IMG/VR virus record: IMGVR_UViG_3300027749_005140
Location: 1 to 64,000 of that record
DNA length: 64,000 nucleotides
Origin: a virus
Lineage: Duplodnaviria; Heunggongvirae; Uroviricota; Caudoviricetes
Strand: one strand, 5' to 3'
Position 1 is the first letter of the stretch; each line of letters opens with the position of its first letter. A program made the position numbers and the translations under genes. Below the pieces are notes generated by a model, which saw only the letters and a program-made list of their open reading frames with translations, searched no databases and had not been told where the DNA came from. This document shows, piece by piece, positions 30,196-38,773 of this stretch.

Positions 30196-31233
30196 ATGAT
30201 AAGTTGTAAATTTTGTAAAAAAGTATATATAGGACGTAATAAAAATAAAGATGTTTTAATACATGAGTCCCATTGTATTCTAAATACAGATAGAGTACCA
30301 TATATATGTAATATATGTGATATGGAGTTTGATAAAAGACATTCTTTAATAGGACATAAAAGTCATTGCGGTAATTTAAAAGTTAGGAAAAAACGGATTA
30401 CAAAAGAGAAAGTAATTAAAATACACAAATGTAAATACTGTGATTCAATATTCGAAAATGGTTATAAATTGGGCGGACATGTATCACATTGTGATAGAGA
30501 TCCAGAATATGAAACTAAGAGGAGAAAAATGTGTGATAATATCTCTTTTCTTAATAAAGGAAAGAAATTATCAGATGAAACTAGAAAAAAAATATCAAAT
30601 AGTAGAAGAGAATATTTAAAAAATAATCCAGATAAAGTTCCCTATCTATTAAACCATAGTAGAAATGAATCATATCCTGAGAAATACTTTACTGATGTTT
30701 TTTTAGATAGAAATATTAGTGTAATAAAATCTTACAGAATTGGATTATATGAATTAGATTTTTGTATTTTAGATAAAAAAATAGATATAGAAATCGATGG
30801 TGGTCAACACTATTTAGATAATAAAATTATTGAAAGTGATAAAAGAAGAAATAAATATCTAGAAGATTTAGGTTGGGATATAATTAGAATAAAATGGAGT
30901 GATTATCAATTGTTGGATAAAGATTCTAAAAGAGAATTTATTGATAATATAATCTATTACATAAATGGTCTGGTAAAAACTAAACCAACATTTGAAATAT
31001 TAGATAATAAAAATTATTGTAAATGTGGTATAGAAATATACAAATGTTCTAAAATGTGTTCTAAATGTGATTCATTTAGACAAAGAAAAGTTGAAAGACC
31101 TTCATTAGAGCAAATTTTAAAAGATATAAAAGAAACAAACTATGTCTTGACCGGTAAAAAATATGGTGTTAGTGATAACACTATAAGAAAGTGGATAAGA
31201 CAATATAATGCGGATTTAGCTGAGACGGTTTAG
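30196..31233 (+). CDS. homing-endonuclease-like protein: 3x C2H2 zinc fingers + DUF559/Vsr-like PD-(D/E)xK nuclease + C-terminal HTH
   Basis: CxxC..HxxxH x3; YELDF..IDIEIDGGQHY..D.RR..L..GWDIIRIKW core; stop codon lies inside the D-loop of the following tRNA. Confidence 0.55.
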   Translation: MISCKFCKKVYIGRNKNKDVLIHESHCILNTDRVPYICNICDMEFDKRHSLIGHKSHCGNLKVRKKRITKEKVIKIHKCKYCDSIFENGYKLGGHVSHCDRDPEYETKRRKMCDNISFLNKGKKLSDETRKKISNSRREYLKNNPDKVPYLLNHSRNESYPEKYFTDVFLDRNISVIKSYRIGLYELDFCILDKKIDIEIDGGQHYLDNKIIESDKRRNKYLEDLGWDIIRIKWSDYQLLDKDSKREFIDNIIYYINGLVKTKPTFEILDNKNYCKCGIEIYKCSKMCSKCDSFRQRKVERPSLEQILKDIKETNYVLTGKKYGVSDNTIRKWIRQYNADLAETV

Positions 31234-31281
31234 CGTATGGTTGAAAGCCATAAGAGGTCAATTCGATTTTGACAATCCGCA
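31210..31281 (+). tRNA. tRNA-Phe (anticodon GAA), second gene
   Basis: Acceptor gcggatt/aatccgc, loop ttgaaag, T-arm gtcaa ttcgatt ttgac; 5' 24 nt overlap the endonuclease ORF. Confidence 0.5.
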
Positions 31282-31285
31282 CAAA

Positions 31286-31422
31286 TAGAAAGTAGCTCAA
31301 TTGGTAGAGCACGTAATCATACTTAGTCAGTCTTTCTCTAAGAAACTCTCTTAGTAGCAATGAAATAAGTTACTTCGCTCTGTTAAAGCCGTGGTTGTGG
31401 GTTCGAGTCCCACCTTTCTATC
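31286..31422 (+). tRNA. tRNA-like gene with ~65-nt internal insertion
   Basis: Perfect acceptor tagaaag/ctttcta, canonical D-arm tagctcaattggtagagc and T-arm gtggg ttcgagt cccac, but 87 nt between D- and T-arms. Confidence 0.3.
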
Positions 31423-31464
31423 AGATAAATAAAAACAAAGAATAAAATTTTAATATATAGTAAT

Positions 31465-31542
31465 ATGAAAACAATTATCACAACATCGTCAAGTTCGTCT
31501 AGTCGCTCAAGTAATTTGAGGGAGGTTCTGTTGTGCTCATAA
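31465..31542 (+). CDS. leader peptide 5 (25 aa), Ser/Arg-rich
   Basis: MKTIITTSSSSSSRSSNLREVLLCS; upstream of tRNA-Arg and three tRNA-Ser. Confidence 0.45.
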   Translation: MKTIITTSSSSSSRSSNLREVLLCS

Positions 31543-31564
31543 TTGATATAAAAAATTAGTATGA

Positions 31565-31609
31565 AACCCACAGACTTCAAAGTTTGTGGGTCTTTTGTTT
31601 TTAATTGGT
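31565..31609 (+). terminator. rho-independent terminator/attenuator 5
   Basis: aaacccacagact tcaa agtttgtgggtc + ttttgttttt. Confidence 0.65.
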
Positions 31610-31678
31610 TCCATCGTTTAACGGATAGGATAGGTCGCTACGAACGATCAGGTGGGGGTTCGATTCCCTCTGGAATCA
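31607..31678 (+). tRNA. tRNA-Arg (anticodon ACG)
   Basis: Acceptor ggttcca/tggaatc, anticodon stem ggtcg/cgatc, loop ctacgaa. Confidence 0.5.
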
Positions 31679-31687
31679 CAAATATAT

Positions 31688-31770
31688 GGAGGGTACCGCT
31701 AAGGTAGCAAACTGGGCTTGAACCCCAGGGGTACGGGCAACTGTACGGGTTTCGATTACTCTACCCTCTT
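31688..31770 (+). tRNA. tRNA-Ser (anticodon TGA), class II
   Basis: Acceptor ggagggt/accctct, stem ctggg/cccag, loop cttgaac, long variable arm. Confidence 0.5.
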
Positions 31771-31776
31771 CAGAAT

Positions 31777-31862
31777 AGTGAGTAAGCCTTGATGGTGATA
31801 GGGTCTGCCTGGAAAGCAGTACGTACGTTTAGATGTATAGGGTTCGATTCCCTTGCTCACTA
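31777..31862 (+). tRNA. tRNA-Ser (anticodon GGA), class II
   Basis: Acceptor agtgagt/gctcact, loop ctggaaa, long variable arm, T-loop ttcgatt. Confidence 0.45.
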
Positions 31863-31870
31863 CAAAATAT

Positions 31871-31956
31871 GGAGGATGAATTCACTGGGTAGTGGACGCA
31901 GTTTGCTAAACTGTTGGTGCGTTAAATCGCATTGGGATCGAGACCTACTTCCTCCG
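31871..31956 (+). tRNA. tRNA-Ser (anticodon GCT), class II
   Basis: Acceptor ggaggat/ttcctcc, stem gcagt/actgt, loop ttgctaa, variable hairpin tgcg ttaaat cgca. Confidence 0.4.
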
Positions 31957-31960
31957 CATA

Positions 31961-31999
31961 AAAGAAAAGACTTTGATTTATCAAAGTCTTTTTTATTTT
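31961..31999. terminator. bidirectional terminator
   Basis: aaaagactttgat ttatc aaagtctttttt between the tRNA array (+) and the tail fibre gene (-). Confidence 0.65.
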
Positions 32000-34900
32000 T
32001 ATAATAACTCTATCCAAGTTGTATCTGGACAGAAATATAATAGACTTGTATCAACACAATAACCAATTACTCTAACAACTTCACCAGTTCCTGTAGGTTG
32101 AACTTCTTCAAACTCACCATCTGTTACTGATAAGAATTGTACTGTACCAAGAGTACCCATCGCCATATATATAGGTGTTGTATCAAATCTAGAGAATCCT
32201 CTTAATAACATACCATCAGAAGAGCTAGTTCCCAATGCAATTGCTAATAATCCTGATGAAGTTGCTTCTACTGAAGCACTTGCTAATGTCCAATCACCAC
32301 CATCATAATAGTATATTGAACCTGGAGTTAAACCAGTAGTAACATTACCAAAATAAACAACATCTCCTGAAGTCATATTATTATCAGGTAAAGTAAATGT
32401 TTGATTACCTTTTACTTCTAAATCACAATTTGGCGAAACTGAGGTTCCCGTAAATCCTATTGCAACATTTCCTTTAAGAATAGTTTTTTCTATATTATCA
32501 TTACCTAAAGTAACTGTATTAGAACCATTACCAAGTGCGGTTGCACCAATAACAATTTCATTACTTACATTAAAATTTACTGAATTTGCATTATATCCAA
32601 TATATACAGAGTCATTTGTATCAGCTAAATATCCATAACTACCAGCAAGACTTCCAATTCCTATATTACGTGCACCACCAAAAACATTATTTAATGCCTG
32701 ATAACCAAGTGCAGTGTTATCATCACCGGCTGGTTTTATACTTGCTATGTTTATTGAAAATCCTGATCCAGAACCTGGTATTTGATAATACTGAATACCG
32801 GTTTGTATACCAAATACAACTGTTTCATCAGGTACTACACTTCCTTCTGAAGTTAAAGTAACAGAACTTACAGTTCCACCAGCACCAACAACTATAGTAA
32901 CTTGAGGATAATCTCCAACATTATTACCAGGGTAGTAAGATGAACCACCTATACCAAATAAAACAATGTGTGGCCATGTACCTGGAGTATAACCGCCACC
33001 CGCAGAAAATGTTGCCGCTAAAGCTGTTACTCTGGTTGTAGAATTTCTCAATGTTTCTACACCAACCGCAGTATTAAAGTTACCTGTATTATTTTTATAT
33101 AGTGAAGAGTATCCAATTGCCACACTATTAGTTGCGGTTGTATTATTATATGATGAATTTTCACCAATCGCAGTATTTTGAAACCCAATTGTATTATTCC
33201 TTAATGAGTTTGCACCAAGTGCACTATTAGAATTACCTGTTGTATTAACATATAGTGAGTAGTTACCGATTGCGATATTATTTATACCTGTTGTATTTGA
33301 ATATAATGATTCAAGACCTAATCCTATATTATAACTACTTTTAGTATTAAGTAATGATCTATAACCAATTGCAATATTATAATTAGAAGAAGTTGCCGTA
33401 TATAGTGAATCAAAACCAATTGCGATATTATAAGAACCTGTTTTATTAAAATATAGTGAATCTGAACCCAATCCTACATTATAAGAACCAGTTGTATTAT
33501 TATACAATGAACCATATCCAAATGCAGTATTCGTATAACCAGATGTATTATTATACAATGAATTTACACCAACTGCAGTATTATAACTAGATGTATTATT
33601 ATACAATGAATTTGCACCAAGTGCACTATTAGAATTACCTATCAAATTATGATATAATGTAGCATATCCAATAGCGGTATTATTATAACCAGTTGTATTT
33701 AAACTTGATGAGCTTGCACCAATCGCAATATTATTATAACCAGTTGTATTTGATAGTAACGAATTGTGTCCAAATGCCGCATTATCATTACCGATATTTG
33801 ATTTTAATGAATTATAACCAAATGATGTATTACGAACAACTGCAAGATTAATGGTTATATAAAAACCAGAACCAGAATCAAAATTAGCAGTAAGTTGTGT
33901 TGATGAACTAGTAAATCCAGTACCATTAGTTACGATTACAACTTCTTGTACATAACCATCCTCAACATATATGTTTACTATTGGGTAAGTTAGTGGTGCT
34001 GGACCAGAATATAATTCCATCTCTATACCAGAATACCAACCATCATCATAACTTGAACCACCTATAATACTAGCCACACTAATACTCCCTGATGGAGAAT
34101 CCTTTTGTGAACCATAACCAAATGCGGTATTATAAGTAGATTTTGATCCACCTTGATTATAAACATTACCAGACTCATCAACTATTAAGGAAACAATTCC
34201 ATCATATGATGAAACTATAAATCTATCATTTGTATCAAAATCACCAGTTCCAACTTTTAAAACACCAGTTCTTACATTAGAATAATCTGTTATAGTAACA
34301 TTACCTGATACCGTATCACCATCTGGTGTAGAAATGAATTTAAACTCATCCATTGATTCATCCCAAATAAAAGCTTGAGTCGCACCAATACCACGATCTA
34401 CAAATAAACCTGAGTCTAATGTTGGTGTTCCTGACTGACTTGCAGCCAATACGATAATAGGATCTTTAACTATTAAATTCTCACTACTTATTGTCGTTGT
34501 TGAACCTTTAACCACTAAATTACCATCAATAGTAATAGTATTACCACTTTGGAAAGACATACTATATTCACTTCCTAATAAAGTTGACTGTCTATCATAG
34601 AAATAATTATTCAATATTAAATTATCTTGTAATGAATTTATATCAGTATTCATATTGAATTGAGCAGATGAATTATTCATTGTTATATTAGTTTGTAAAA
34701 TACCTCTAAAATTTAGATTCTCATTATAAGAGTTTACTATATTTTGACTCGCAATACCAACTCCAGTCGATGTACTATATACATTACCCCATTGAAATAC
34801 TTTTATTGGATCATATAATCCAACATCATCTACCCAATAACTAATATTATCTGCATTTGTACTTACTGTATTTATACCTCTTTCACTTCTATAAATGATT

Positions 34901-36390
34901 TTATCAGTAGCTCTGTCATACTTAATTTTATCATAACTAATTCTATAATATAATCCATTTGTATAAGGAATAACAGTCCACTCTGTTGGATTTAAGAAAA
35001 AGATAGTCAATGGGGATGAAGTATTAGTTCCACTATTATTAGACCATGCTCTACCACCCCAATAAACAACGGAAGCTGTTGCATAAGATGATGAAGTACC
35101 ACTCCAAATTCTATATCCTTCAACTGTTTGATCATATTTAGGATTATAGAATTTACCCTCACCAACATCATTTAATATTCCTTGTGAGTTTGTTGTTAAG
35201 TATATTTCTGTACCACCATATAAATCTGTATCAACACCAGTTATTCTATAGGTGCTAGATGATGAGAATGATGAAAGTCCAGCAAATGTTGCTGCGGTTA
35301 CAGTAATAACTGGTGTTCCAACTCCGGATGACCAACTAAGATTACCAGCACCATCTGTTTTTATAACTTGTCCGGATGTTCCATCTGATAGCGGCAATTT
35401 ATATTGATTATTAATATCTACTACACCACCTAGATAAACGGTATCAGAACTATCTACAGTTAAAAACTGTCCTCCAACAACAACGGTATTATTTATACTT
35501 GGATCAAATGTTGTATTTGATGTTGATATAAAAGTATTGACTGTTGTTGTTGATGTTTCAGTATCTCCAGATGGACCAGTAACACTATCTGTAATTATAA
35601 TACCATTGTTATTAAGCATTGTTGAACTACCTGCTTCCAATATACCAATAACTTTTGTACCTGATGACATATAAACCTCGTTATTACTATTAAATTTTAA
35701 TTGTCCATCTCCGATAGTTCCTTTTACATAACCACCATCTTTTATTATTAGATTAGGTGTATAGACAGAGTTTGATTGTGTTCCAGTAATACCAGAACCA
35801 CCAATAATAACACTATTAGTAACCGTATTTGAAAATCTTGATCCGTTTGATGATATAAATACAGGAACTCTATTACCACTTGCTCTAGAAGCAGTTGATG
35901 TTGTAAATTCTAAAACTCTTGTAGTTCCTAGCTGTAAGTAGGAATTATTATTTTGTAATAAAAATTGATTCACCCCAAAGTTTAAACGAATGTCTGTTGT
36001 ACTCATTTGTATAGATGAACTTAATCCTCTTAATTGAATAGTAGTATCATTCATAGTTAAAGTAGAACCGGTTGTTAAATTAGAGGATGATAATTCTACA
36101 TAATTACCAGGACTACCATTATCTAATCTTAAACTAGCAGAACCACCAGATGACTTAATACCAGAATTTACATCTAAATATATTGAATTAGTACCAGTTG
36201 TATTACCAATAGATAATGTTTGTGATAAAGAACCTATTCCTCCACCGGAACCAATTGGTGTGATAACACCTTGGTCATCTTTTTGTTTTAAAACTCCATC
36301 TAATGTATCATATGCAACTAGAAACCCACCAATTGAAGGTGTGGCCGCAGTTATCATATTTACTCTACTTTCAAAAAGAACTAATGCCAT
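31999..36390 (-). CDS. giant tail fibre protein (1463 aa) with tandem ~15-aa N-x-(A/S)-(I/V/L)-G repeats
   Basis: About 25 consecutive NTxGYNNIAIG / SLYNNTxG repeats (beta-helix/fibre-like); Gly/Ser/Thr/Asn-rich throughout. Confidence 0.5.
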   Translation of the reverse strand: MALVLFESRVNMITAATPSIGGFLVAYDTLDGVLKQKDDQGVITPIGSGGGIGSLSQTLSIGNTTGTNSIYLDVNSGIKSSGGSASLRLDNGSPGNYVELSSSNLTTGSTLTMNDTTIQLRGLSSSIQMSTTDIRLNFGVNQFLLQNNNSYLQLGTTRVLEFTTSTASRASGNRVPVFISSNGSRFSNTVTNSVIIGGSGITGTQSNSVYTPNLIIKDGGYVKGTIGDGQLKFNSNNEVYMSSGTKVIGILEAGSSTMLNNNGIIITDSVTGPSGDTETSTTTVNTFISTSNTTFDPSINNTVVVGGQFLTVDSSDTVYLGGVVDINNQYKLPLSDGTSGQVIKTDGAGNLSWSSGVGTPVITVTAATFAGLSSFSSSSTYRITGVDTDLYGGTEIYLTTNSQGILNDVGEGKFYNPKYDQTVEGYRIWSGTSSSYATASVVYWGGRAWSNNSGTNTSSPLTIFFLNPTEWTVIPYTNGLYYRISYDKIKYDRATDKIIYRSERGINTVSTNADNISYWVDDVGLYDPIKVFQWGNVYSTSTGVGIASQNIVNSYNENLNFRGILQTNITMNNSSAQFNMNTDINSLQDNLILNNYFYDRQSTLLGSEYSMSFQSGNTITIDGNLVVKGSTTTISSENLIVKDPIIVLAASQSGTPTLDSGLFVDRGIGATQAFIWDESMDEFKFISTPDGDTVSGNVTITDYSNVRTGVLKVGTGDFDTNDRFIVSSYDGIVSLIVDESGNVYNQGGSKSTYNTAFGYGSQKDSPSGSISVASIIGGSSYDDGWYSGIEMELYSGPAPLTYPIVNIYVEDGYVQEVVIVTNGTGFTSSSTQLTANFDSGSGFYITINLAVVRNTSFGYNSLKSNIGNDNAAFGHNSLLSNTTGYNNIAIGASSSSLNTTGYNNTAIGYATLYHNLIGNSNSALGANSLYNNTSSYNTAVGVNSLYNNTSGYTNTAFGYGSLYNNTTGSYNVGLGSDSLYFNKTGSYNIAIGFDSLYTATSSNYNIAIGYRSLLNTKSSYNIGLGLESLYSNTTGINNIAIGNYSLYVNTTGNSNSALGANSLRNNTIGFQNTAIGENSSYNNTTATNSVAIGYSSLYKNNTGNFNTAVGVETLRNSTTRVTALAATFSAGGGYTPGTWPHIVLFGIGGSSYYPGNNVGDYPQVTIVVGAGGTVSSVTLTSEGSVVPDETVVFGIQTGIQYYQIPGSGSGFSINIASIKPAGDDNTALGYQALNNVFGGARNIGIGSLAGSYGYLADTNDSVYIGYNANSVNFNVSNEIVIGATALGNGSNTVTLGNDNIEKTILKGNVAIGFTGTSVSPNCDLEVKGNQTFTLPDNNMTSGDVVYFGNVTTGLTPGSIYYYDGGDWTLASASVEATSSGLLAIALGTSSSDGMLLRGFSRFDTTPIYMAMGTLGTVQFLSVTDGEFEEVQPTGTGEVVRVIGYCVDTSLLYFCPDTTWIELL
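33040..33850 (-). repeat. tandem ~45-nt coding repeats inside the tail fibre gene
   Basis: Periodic recurrence of ttatacaatgaatttgcaccaa.. units at nucleotide level. Confidence 0.55.
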
Positions 36391-36430
36391 AATTTTATAT
36401 AAAATATTTTGTATCTTATATATTATTTTT

Positions 36431-36438
36431 TATATTTG
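36431..36438 (+). promoter_or_regulatory. -7 promoter box TAnnTTTG
   Basis: tatatttg 20 nt upstream of the ATG at 36458. Confidence 0.4.
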
Positions 36439-36457
36439 TAAATTAAAGCAAAGCTAC

Positions 36458-36961
36458 ATGATTATAACAAAAGGTGAGATAAGTGAGAAGAAAAATAAAT
36501 CTAAAGTATTTAGATTTGAAAATGATGAGGATGAAAAAGAACATTATCAAAAATTTGACTTACATCAAACTAAAATTAAAACAGGTAAATTCTTTTTATA
36601 TGAGTCTGTTATTGGAAGAGGTCAATCAGTTTTAACTTATCCAAAGTTAGGACTTTTTGTAGATACTTATCTGGTAGATCAAGCTTTAGAAGTTGAATGG
36701 ATTGATACTAGAAGAACTTGGGAATATAACTGTGAGTATGAGTATGATTATAATGGTAAAACATACACTAATATTGTTGCAGAAGATAAATCTGAGTTAA
36801 AAAGTTTAATTCTATGGGATGATGTAATGTATGTTTATGGAATTTGGGATATAAAGCCAGATTGGAAACAATTACGACAAGCATACGAAAGAACTTTATG
36901 GTTCAAAAAAACAAAATCTGAACTGAGAAATTCTCAAATAAATAGAATACTTAGTATCTAG
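36458..36961 (+). CDS. hypothetical protein (start revised)
   Basis: ORF-track start 36260 would overlap the fibre gene by 130 nt; an internal Met follows a promoter box. Confidence 0.35.
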   Translation: MIITKGEISEKKNKSKVFRFENDEDEKEHYQKFDLHQTKIKTGKFFLYESVIGRGQSVLTYPKLGLFVDTYLVDQALEVEWIDTRRTWEYNCEYEYDYNGKTYTNIVAEDKSELKSLILWDDVMYVYGIWDIKPDWKQLRQAYERTLWFKKTKSELRNSQINRILSI

Positions 36962-37316
36962 GTAATTGCATATCAGTTGTAATCTCAATCTTAAAACCAA
37001 ATCCAGAATCATCATCAGATGTATATCTAACTTCTGAATCATATCCTCTACCACCATCAAATGTTTTTGGCTTTGGTCCATTCATCTGTTGTTGTCTTCT
37101 CATTTGATTATTTCTTTCCTCTGCTTCTTGTTGAGCAATCATTTGATCAAATGTTAAACCCGGTTGTTGAACTGGTACTTCTTCTTGACGAGTTGTAAAT
37201 TGTTCTGGTTGATGTCCATATTTACGAAGTAGTTGTTCTGCTTCCCAACTTGGAATATTAGCTGGTTTAGTTTCTTCTGATTGAGGTTCAACCATTCTTA
37301 CTTGAGGTCTTTCCAT
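36951..37316 (-). CDS. hypothetical Gln/Glu-rich protein
   Basis: ORF. Confidence 0.3.
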   Translation of the reverse strand: MERPQVRMVEPQSEETKPANIPSWEAEQLLRKYGHQPEQFTTRQEEVPVQQPGLTFDQMIAQQEAEERNNQMRRQQQMNGPKPKTFDGGRGYDSEVRYTSDDDSGFGFKIEITTDMQLPRY

Positions 37317-37413
37317 AAATTTTTATTTATTTTATTAGTTATATATAAAATAAATTAAACTTTCTTATTTACGAGATTATAATTATGAGATTTTATTTGA
37401 AGTCTGATTAAAA

Positions 37414-38118
37414 ATGAAAATGAAAATGAATTTAGAAAAATTTAACTGGGGGTGGATGTATACAGAAGATGAGTCACATAAAAATCACATCATTTACGAA
37501 ATATTTGAAAGTAAAATATATGAAAAAATATTTGAGGTAGAATCTGGAGATATAGTGTTAGATGTAGGTGCCAGTATTGGTCCATTCACATATTCAATTT
37601 TAGATAAGAAACCTAAACACATATATTGTTTAGAACCAAGTGAATTACAGTTTCCAACTTTAATATCAAATACAGTAGGTCATCCAGTAACACCTATTTT
37701 AAAGGGTATTTCAAATATAAATTCATACGTTGATACCGAATTTCTTCATAAATTGAATTTACTTTTAGGTAATGATGAATCAAAAATGGAAGGCATTACA
37801 TTCAAAAAATTAAGACAAGTTTATAACTTAGAAAAAATTGACTTTTTAAAAACCGATTGTGAAGGTGGTGAATATGATATTTTTAATGAAGAAAATTTTG
37901 AATTTATTAAAAATAATGTTAAGAAAATATCAGGTGAGTGGCATTTAGGAAATACTGAGCTTAAAGAAAAATTCAGATACTTTAGAGACAATTACCTAGT
38001 TCAATTTGATAAAATAGAAGTATTCTCTGTAGATAATATTGATATTAAGTGGGACTTATGGAACGATCACTTTATTGATTATTACACCGAAATATTAATT
38101 CATATAGATAATCGTTAA
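37414..38118 (+). CDS. FkbM-family SAM-dependent methyltransferase
   Basis: VLDVGASIGPFT motif I and DFLKTDCEGGEYDIF typical of FkbM-family MTases. Confidence 0.55.
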   Translation: MKMKMNLEKFNWGWMYTEDESHKNHIIYEIFESKIYEKIFEVESGDIVLDVGASIGPFTYSILDKKPKHIYCLEPSELQFPTLISNTVGHPVTPILKGISNINSYVDTEFLHKLNLLLGNDESKMEGITFKKLRQVYNLEKIDFLKTDCEGGEYDIFNEENFEFIKNNVKKISGEWHLGNTELKEKFRYFRDNYLVQFDKIEVFSVDNIDIKWDLWNDHFIDYYTEILIHIDNR

Positions 38119-38181
38119 AAATATTTCAAAAATATCAAAAGGGAGAAAAACTTTTTAATATATAGAACTATAAACATATAT

Positions 38182-38251
38182 CGCGTTAAAGTGTAAAGGT
38201 TGCATGAGACTTTCATAAGGTCTACGGGGTGGTTCGAATCCACGCTACGCT
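38182..38251 (+). tRNA. tRNA-like, anticodon CAT (poorly folding, possibly degenerate)
   Basis: Anticodon arm agact ttcataa ggtct and T-loop ggttcgaatcc; acceptor and D stems weak. Confidence 0.3.
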
Positions 38252-38298
38252 ACAAAAGAGATAGGTAACGATTTAGATACAAGTCTCAAAAAATATAT

Positions 38299-38371
38299 CG
38301 CGGGATAGAGCAGTAGGCAGCTCGTGTGGCTCATAACCATAAGGTCGGAGGTTCGAGTCCTTCTCCCGCTA
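38299..38371 (+). tRNA. tRNA-Met/Ile2-like (anticodon CAT) with C1:U72 mismatch
   Basis: Acceptor cgcggga/tcccgct, D-arm gagcagtaggcagctc, stem tgtgg/ccata, loop ctcataa, T-arm ggagg ttcgagt ccttc. Confidence 0.55.
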
Positions 38372-38420
38372 CTAAAAGAATAAAAAATTAAAAAAGATTT
38401 GGTGGTTTAAAAACTTATCG

Positions 38421-38428
38421 TATCTTTG
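38421..38428 (+). promoter_or_regulatory. -7 promoter box TAnnTTTG of leader/tRNA module 3
   Basis: tatctttg upstream of leader ORF 3. Confidence 0.45.
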
Positions 38429-38496
38429 TACTCACAAGATGAGAGTCACATAAGTGACTAGAAGAATTAAAAACAACAATTTAAAAAATAGAAAAA

Positions 38497-38598
38497 ATGA
38501 CAACAATTACTAACATAACAATAGCTATCGAAGCCATAGGCGGGTATGAAGCGGGGTATATTATACCATCGGTCAGAAGCGTTATGTCTATAAAGTAA
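38497..38598 (+). CDS. leader peptide 3 (33 aa), Ile/Thr/Gly/Glu/Tyr/Ala-rich
   Basis: MTTITNITIAIEAIGGYEAGYIIPSVRSVMSIK; resembles thr-operon leader; codons ATA, GAA, GGC/GGG, TAT, GCN match the downstream tRNAs. Confidence 0.45.
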   Translation: MTTITNITIAIEAIGGYEAGYIIPSVRSVMSIK

Positions 38599-38627
38599 TG
38601 AGTTGAAAAAAACATTATTATATAACA

Positions 38628-38667
38628 AACCCAATCTGACTTAAAAATCAGATTGGGTTTTTTTATT
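38628..38667 (+). terminator. rho-independent terminator/attenuator 3
   Basis: aacccaatctga cttaaaaa tcagattgggtt + tttttt. Confidence 0.7.
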
Positions 38668-38682
38668 GAATTAAAAGTACAA

Positions 38683-38767
38683 GGGAGTACGCCGGAGTTG
38701 GAGAGCCGGAGCGGTCTGTAACACCGTTGGCATTACGCCTGAGTAGGTTCGAGTCCTACTACTCTCA
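38683..38767 (+). tRNA. tRNA-Tyr (anticodon GTA), class II
   Basis: Acceptor gggagta/tactctc, stem gcggt/accgt, loop ctgtaac, variable arm, T-arm gtagg ttcgagt cctac. Confidence 0.6.
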
Positions 38768-38773
38768 CAAAAT

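Noticed and set aside
31286-31422. Group I self-splicing intron in the long tRNA-like gene
   Set aside because: The ~65-nt insert is far too short for a group I intron core (P3-P9 needs >200 nt); left as an unexplained insertion.
31383-32004. ORF-track ORFs 31383..31580 (-) and 31789..32004 (+) inside tRNA array 1
   Set aside because: They overlap confidently folded tRNA genes and terminators; low-complexity translations; almost certainly spurious.
2443-32861. Short antisense or overlapping ORFs inside long genes (2443..2706-, 4611..4847-, 5311..5583-, 6189..6422-, 11945..12205-, 14086..14334+, 16170..16358+, 18406..18594-, 19692..19934-, 20915..21109-, 24308..24667-, 25898..26080+, 27337..27543-, 32586..32861+ and similar later ones)
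   Set aside because: Embedded in or antisense to much longer, motif-bearing genes; AT-rich low-complexity translations; typical noise.
36260-36457. ORF-track start at 36260 for the ORF ending at 36961
   Set aside because: It would overlap the 5' end of the giant minus-strand fibre gene by 130 nt; an internal Met at 36458 follows a TAnnTTTG box, so the shorter CDS is preferred.
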